DNA of 64,000 bases from a bacterium (GTDB lineage Bacteria; SM23-31). Positions within the stretch are counted from its first letter, which is position 1; each line of letters begins with the position of its first letter. The position numbers and the translations under genes are program-made. Below, one piece after another: positions 58,886-64,000 of the stretch. A model generated the notes under the pieces. That model was not told the origin of the DNA. It did not search any database and saw only the letters and a program-made list of their open reading frames with translations. The stretch covers positions 2,656,001 to 2,720,000 of the forward strand of contig OZ252239.1 in the NCBI GenBank assembly GCA_965249485.1, written 5' to 3'.

Positions 58886-60589
58886 TTACAATCCTGATGC
58901 CGCGCTTGAAAAACTTCGAGGGTCCGCTCCTCCGGTGAAGACACCACGTTCCGCATGATAAAGAATTCCCTGGGCATCTCCTATTGAACTTTTTTCAAAT
59001 GTATGTCCTAGTGTCTTTAATTGCTCGAACGTAGCATCGTCAAATGCACTTTCTTCATAACGAATGACATCGGGATACCATTGATGATGAAACCGGGGTG
59101 CAGCAACCGCTTCCTGGATTGTCATTCCATGATCGATTACATTGATAATACATTGAAGTACGGTTGTGATGATGGTCGGTCCCCCGGGGGTACCGATCAC
59201 CATAAATACTTCGCCATCCTTGGTGACAATCGTCGGTGTCATTGAACTCAACATTCGTTTATGCGGTTCAATAGCATTGGCATCTCCGCCCAGCAATCCG
59301 TACATATTGGGTGCGCCCGGTTTTGAGCTGAAATCGTCCATCTCATTATTGAGTAAAAATCCTGCCCCTTCAACAACTAACAGGCTGCCATAGCTTCCGT
59401 TTAAGGTGGTTGTAACGGAAACAGCCATGCCATTTTTGTCAATCACTGAAAAATGGGTCGTTTCCTCGCTTTCGGCACCGATCACTGCAATATCTCCCGA
59501 TGTGATAGATGTGCTTGGTGACTTTTTGAAAGGGTCTATTGATGCCGCACGGAGATTAGCATAGTCTTTTGATATAAGTGTCGCAATTGGGACGTCGATA
59601 AAATCAGCATCACCATGGTATTCTGCTCTATCGGCAAAAACCCTCCGTTCAGCCTCAACCATTAAATGAGTTGATTCAGCATTGTTATATCCGAGTGACG
59701 CAATATCATACCGTTCAAGAATGTTCAACAACTCAATAAGACTAACTCCTCCTGAACTTGGTGAGCCCATGGAGATTATGCCATATCCACGGTAATTCCC
59801 CTCAACAGGGATTCTTTCAATTGCCCTGTAAGACTCTAAATCATCATGGTTGATTAAACCGTTGTATTTTTCCATTGAAGAAATGATTAAATCTGCTACG
59901 GGTCCTTTGTAAAAACCGTCATGTCCCTGCTCAGCAATAGCCTTTAACGTTACCGCAAGATCTTCCTGGACAAACAACTCACCAGGTTGATAAGGTACAT
60001 TATCAGGCTTATTAAAAATGCTATTTGTTGATGAATACTGTTGAAATTCTTCTCCTCCAATCTCTCTGTCGAGGATCCACCCTTTTTCGGCAAGATCAAC
60101 TGCCGGCTGCATAACATCATTTCTGTTCATTGTACCGTACTTTTCAAGCGCTAAGAGCGTTCTGGCTACCGTTCCTGGAACTCCAACGGATAAGGCTCCC
60201 AGTGTGCTGAGTTCTGGAATAATTTCTCCATTTGAATCAAGATACATATTGCGATGAGCACGCCCAGGAGCTTTTTCACGGTAATCGATTGTCGTTGCGC
60301 TGCCATCAGGTAAACGGATAACCATAAAGCCACCACCGCCAATATTTCCTGCTCGCGGATAGGTTACTGAAAGGGCGTATGATACAGCTACCGCAGCATC
60401 GACAGCATTGCCACCTTGCTTTAATATTTTTGCACCTACATCAGAGGCAATCTTTTGAGTACTGACAACAACGCCATTCCGAAATGATCCGGATGAGTTA
60501 GTATTCGTTTCACATGAAATGAAAAAAATGAATATCAGAATTGAGTGGAGTAGTACAGAAGGTTTTTTTCTATGCAGAATTGTGTACAT
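58886..60589 (-). CDS. ggt: Gamma-glutamyltransferase (lipoprotein signal)
   Basis: GGNAVDAAVA, GNIGGGGF, ETTHFSV, NNEMDDF, SSMTPT and GTPGG motifs. Confidence 0.96.
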   Translation of the reverse strand: MYTILHRKKPSVLLHSILIFIFFISCETNTNSSGSFRNGVVVSTQKIASDVGAKILKQGGNAVDAAVAVSYALSVTYPRAGNIGGGGFMVIRLPDGSATTIDYREKAPGRAHRNMYLDSNGEIIPELSTLGALSVGVPGTVARTLLALEKYGTMNRNDVMQPAVDLAEKGWILDREIGGEEFQQYSSTNSIFNKPDNVPYQPGELFVQEDLAVTLKAIAEQGHDGFYKGPVADLIISSMEKYNGLINHDDLESYRAIERIPVEGNYRGYGIISMGSPSSGGVSLIELLNILERYDIASLGYNNAESTHLMVEAERRVFADRAEYHGDADFIDVPIATLISKDYANLRAASIDPFKKSPSTSITSGDIAVIGAESEETTHFSVIDKNGMAVSVTTTLNGSYGSLLVVEGAGFLLNNEMDDFSSKPGAPNMYGLLGGDANAIEPHKRMLSSMTPTIVTKDGEVFMVIGTPGGPTIITTVLQCIINVIDHGMTIQEAVAAPRFHHQWYPDVIRYEESAFDDATFEQLKTLGHTFEKSSIGDAQGILYHAERGVFTGGADPRSFSSAASGL

Positions 60590-60780
60590 AGATATTGTTC
60601 AGATTTCAATGTAATGAGTAGTATGTCTATATAATGACCTATAAAAACCGTCATCAGTATAGTGAAACGGAGATACAAATGCAATGAAATTAAAAGTTAG
60701 GAAAGTAGTTTATATGTATGGTTAGGATATAAGTTCTTGGTATAATATTAAGAATGTAAGATTTCTTTCACATAAATTCT

Positions 60781-62604
60781 TTAATCATCGTCATCATCCT
60801 CAAAGCTTCCTATTTCTTCTTCCACTTCTTCTTCTACTTCTTCCGTTTCTTCCTCAATACCGTCTTCTTCCAAATCTTCATCATCACTTTCTTCCTCGTC
60901 ATCTCCGGAGGCACCGCCATCCATCTTCTTCTTCAGAATAAAGAAATACAATCCTCCAGCAACAGCCAGAAGAACTAATATAATGGTAATGATCCCAAAT
61001 ATGCTGGTAAAAAATGAACCCTCTTCTACATCTTCCTCACCACTTTCTATTGTCACACCAGGTCCTGTCTGCATCGCTTTCTGTTGAGCTGCAACTGTAT
61101 CACTCGGCTGTGCAAGGCTCATTAAGCCGGTACTGTCCACATCTAATGTAACCATAAGACGGTTGCCGACAAGTTGAAACTCAACTCCAACATCATCAGA
61201 ATAATCGAGCCTGAGGTGATTTGTTTTAGAACCAGGATATTCCAACCTCTCTATAGATGCCTGTGAAGGAGGCAACTCAAATCCTTCTAATGCAAATCCT
61301 TCATTCATCATCATCATTTTGATTGATTCGAGAGATTCATTTGTCCTGCGTGACAACTCTCGCTGCGACATGAGTTCTCGGTCTATCCGGTCAAGTTTGT
61401 CGAGAGCATTCCGGACAATATACATTTCCGACTGGAGTTGATTTACTTGAGAAGTCAGATCCTGAGCTGCCTCTAGAATATCTCTCCTTTGTGAACTATA
61501 TACCTGCTGGGCATTTTCTGACGTTATCACCTGTTCCATAGAGGCTATAGTGCCTTCAGCTAATCCAATGAAATCGTTTGGTAAAATATCGGTGTCGGCT
61601 GATGCTACAAACGCTTTTCCGAGTTTACCGATTGATTCACGAAGCGTGGCTGTCCCAATCTGAATGAGCGGATCGTCAACAATGACCCCTTTACTTTCTG
61701 GGTGAGGTATTTCAATACGTCTGAAAATGCTAAACACTCTCCCTACGGGCATTTCATAATCCGCACGCCAAATAAAGAATAGATCCCTTTCTGAAACACG
61801 GGTGACAGTGCCAACTATATTCTCTGGTGGCCCAACCTGTACCGGCTCAGACGCTGATACATTAAAAGAAGACTGTTGAGAGCGATCGAACTGTGGTTCA
61901 GAAACTCTCTGTTGCGAAAACGTCTCAAGATCGCTTGGCTGAAGCAATGAAAGCTCAACTTTGTCACCAGGAACAATATCTCGCTCTTGGGCAATCATTT
62001 GACCTATTGAGTACTCATCCTGCACATCTGTCACAACAAGTCTGCCAATATAAGCTCTTCTCGGATCAACCGGTGCACCAGTAACCGGATGATACGTAAC
62101 TCCCTCATCCCGGAAAATGTCAAAGTAGATATTTCTCTCGACACCATCAAATCTTCCCATATTAAAAGTCAACAGAGTGTTATCAACATTAGTTATAATC
62201 CCGCGTTCAGGAGCTTGAACTATGCTTCCTGAAAGAACCATTTCATCATATGAAACTTTGAGTTTATCACCAATCTGGAAGAGTTCAGAATAATCGAGTG
62301 TCGATGCTGTAGAAGAATTTTGCTGGCTCTCAATTATTTCTATTTTTCCAATATGTTTTTCATTACTGCCAAGACGTTCTCCTGTAGCCATATGGATCAC
62401 ATTTTCCTCACGAAAAACGTCTAGAACAATACCGCTTTCCATACCATCGACCGTCCCCCAATTCATATGTATTATTCCATTGCCTAATGATGTTATCATT
62501 CCGTTGTTCTGTGCATTACCAGACACCGGAACTATCAACATCAATATAAAAGCAATTTCAACCAATGTCAGAAGTCGACTATATGATATAATTGTTTTTT
62601 TCAT
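60781..62604 (-). CDS. Membrane-anchored protein with three FlgT-C-like repeats, coiled coil, C-terminal TM and acidic tail
   Basis: Signal peptide from MKKTII; three repeats of G...F.(V/I)FR....H..(T/S)...IG; TM IFGIITIILVLLAVAGGLYFFIL-KKK; D/E-rich tail. Confidence 0.65.
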   Translation of the reverse strand: MKKTIISYSRLLTLVEIAFILMLIVPVSGNAQNNGMITSLGNGIIHMNWGTVDGMESGIVLDVFREENVIHMATGERLGSNEKHIGKIEIIESQQNSSTASTLDYSELFQIGDKLKVSYDEMVLSGSIVQAPERGIITNVDNTLLTFNMGRFDGVERNIYFDIFRDEGVTYHPVTGAPVDPRRAYIGRLVVTDVQDEYSIGQMIAQERDIVPGDKVELSLLQPSDLETFSQQRVSEPQFDRSQQSSFNVSASEPVQVGPPENIVGTVTRVSERDLFFIWRADYEMPVGRVFSIFRRIEIPHPESKGVIVDDPLIQIGTATLRESIGKLGKAFVASADTDILPNDFIGLAEGTIASMEQVITSENAQQVYSSQRRDILEAAQDLTSQVNQLQSEMYIVRNALDKLDRIDRELMSQRELSRRTNESLESIKMMMMNEGFALEGFELPPSQASIERLEYPGSKTNHLRLDYSDDVGVEFQLVGNRLMVTLDVDSTGLMSLAQPSDTVAAQQKAMQTGPGVTIESGEEDVEEGSFFTSIFGIITIILVLLAVAGGLYFFILKKKMDGGASGDDEEESDDEDLEEDGIEEETEEVEEEVEEEIGSFEDDDDD

Positions 62605-62675
62605 AGAATTCTTTTTTGAGAGTTCTATAATTGCACCAAATTGCTTAACAAAAGTTCCTTTTATATTCATAATTC

Positions 62676-64000
62676 TTAATACTTTAGCACGATTGAAAGC
62701 CACCAGGTATCAAGCTCAGTTAATTTTGAAAAATGCATGAGATCAGCTGATAGTGCATCGTTAAATTGATAACGTGCTCCAAAATGGTACGACGTAAAAT
62801 TCAAATTTTTTCCGTCTTTATTTTTTATTGTTGATTCGGTATGTCCAAACCCATCTACCGGAACAAATGTAGTTACATGCTCATCCGTTTCGATGAGCGT
62901 ATCCGTTTCATCTGTCTCTTCGATAATCATATCGGCCTTAAAGCTGATAGGTATAATCGAGCGGGCACCCAGGCGTAAAGTCAACTTGTTGGACACTTTT
63001 GTTTCCAAACCGATTAGGAACACTCAAAAACGTTCCGCTAATTTCATTTCTCGTCAATCCGATTTTATTGTCCGATATGATTCTGCTGAAACTCTCTGCT
63101 TCTGCCGCAGGATCCGCAATTTCAACATTGATAGCAAGATCCTCGTTGATTCTACCGGGATTGAATACGATATCGAGGTCGCCCCATATGTAGTCGAGCT
63201 TTATACCAAGACCAAGCAGTGTATTCTGTTCTGTAAAATGCCGTTCAACACCAGCTCCAAATTCAATTCTATTCAGTGAACCATTTCCATCAGCTTTTGC
63301 AACATTATTTCTTGTGAAAACAACATTTTTACGATTCACGCCGGATATATCAAGAGAATCACTAACACTACGTTCAACGGTCTCAACATCAAATGGCATC
63401 GAGTACTTTGTGTAATTGAAAATAAGCGAATTTTGCTGCAATTGTGTTACTGAAGGATAAATTTTCTTTATACGTGCATTTACGTAGGTTGAACGAAGAC
63501 CCGTTTCAAGAAAACCTAAATTCTGATCATCCAATATTTCAAATTTATCGGCAATACCGCTTAGAAATGAATCTTTAAACAGACTCAAGACTTCATTACC
63601 ATCAAACGCCATCCGCTCAGGACGCATTCCTGCTGCAATGCTGATTTTCTGATTCTCATTCTTGAAGATTTTACCGACCGAAAATCCGATCATAGAGTTT
63701 GGAAAGTCAAAACTTCTCGTTGTTGTTTTATTGACAAATGATGTATTAGTCCTAATCGGCCCATTTTCAGACGCAGCTACCGTAAACGAGCTTTCTGTAT
63801 TTTCGTTTTTAAATAATAGATCAAAATTATTGCGATGTACAGATATGCTGAATCCGATATCTCCGAACAAACCGATATACGATAGGCTTTGGCTTGAATT
63901 ATCAGATTCGATCATCTCAAGAGTACTTGATATCGTCCCGGTATTTATCGATGTAAACTGTTCACTATTGCTTAAATCATCCACGGTAAGATTTTTCCCT
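62676..64000 (-). CDS. Probable outer-membrane beta-barrel protein, 5' end outside the window, apparent +1 frameshift near 63014
   Basis: Alternating beta-strand pattern and C-terminal aromatic (WWLSIVLKY). Removing one A in CCTAATC joins TFLSVP to IGLETKV. Confidence 0.6.

Noticed and set aside
1..64000. Genome-wide UGA reassignment (code 4 or 25)
   Set aside because: TGA ends many intact genes at the expected position (tgt, mamK-like, korA, ECF sigma, nfi, argS), often in stop/start overlaps. TGG is common, and the two internal TGAs imply different residues.
1..64000. CRISPR arrays, IS elements, prophage or defence systems
   Set aside because: No regularly spaced repeats and no transposase, integrase or phage structural ORFs were seen. 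nfi, recD2 and smc have ordinary housekeeping contexts.

Overview
AT-rich bacterial chromosomal segment, mostly on the minus strand and mostly housekeeping. Gene content (PorV-like protein, TonB/ExbBD, DUF5117 metalloprotease, PD40-BamA-like protein) suggests a diderm FCB-superphylum-like organism; this is inference. Recognisable genes: mtnA, yjbQ, rlmB, tgt, feoB, coaX, korAB, purL/purQ, a SigH/SigR-like ECF sigma with zinc anti-sigma, tonB/exbD/exbB, smc, nfi, recD2, argS, cstA, cutA, ggt and tRNA-Arg(CCT). No CRISPR array, rRNA, transposase or prophage was seen. The most notable locus is 16060-20337: tRNA-Arg, then a MamK-like actin, a 73-aa coiled-coil protein, a 34-bp palindromic operator, an orphan feoB and a rubrerythrin/ferritin-like protein, with no other magnetosome genes in the window. 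It is a candidate cytoskeleton-plus-iron module. Other points: two small genes missed by the ORF track (a FlaG-like unit with a sigma28-like promoter, and a zinc-ribbon microprotein), a putative ECF regulon (GAAC-N18-GTT at three promoters), a PilM-PilN fusion, a GGR-like reductase coupled to a squalene/phytoene synthase, two in-frame TGA codons and two +1 frameshifts that may be assembly errors. All family assignments come from motif recognition by eye; no searches were run.
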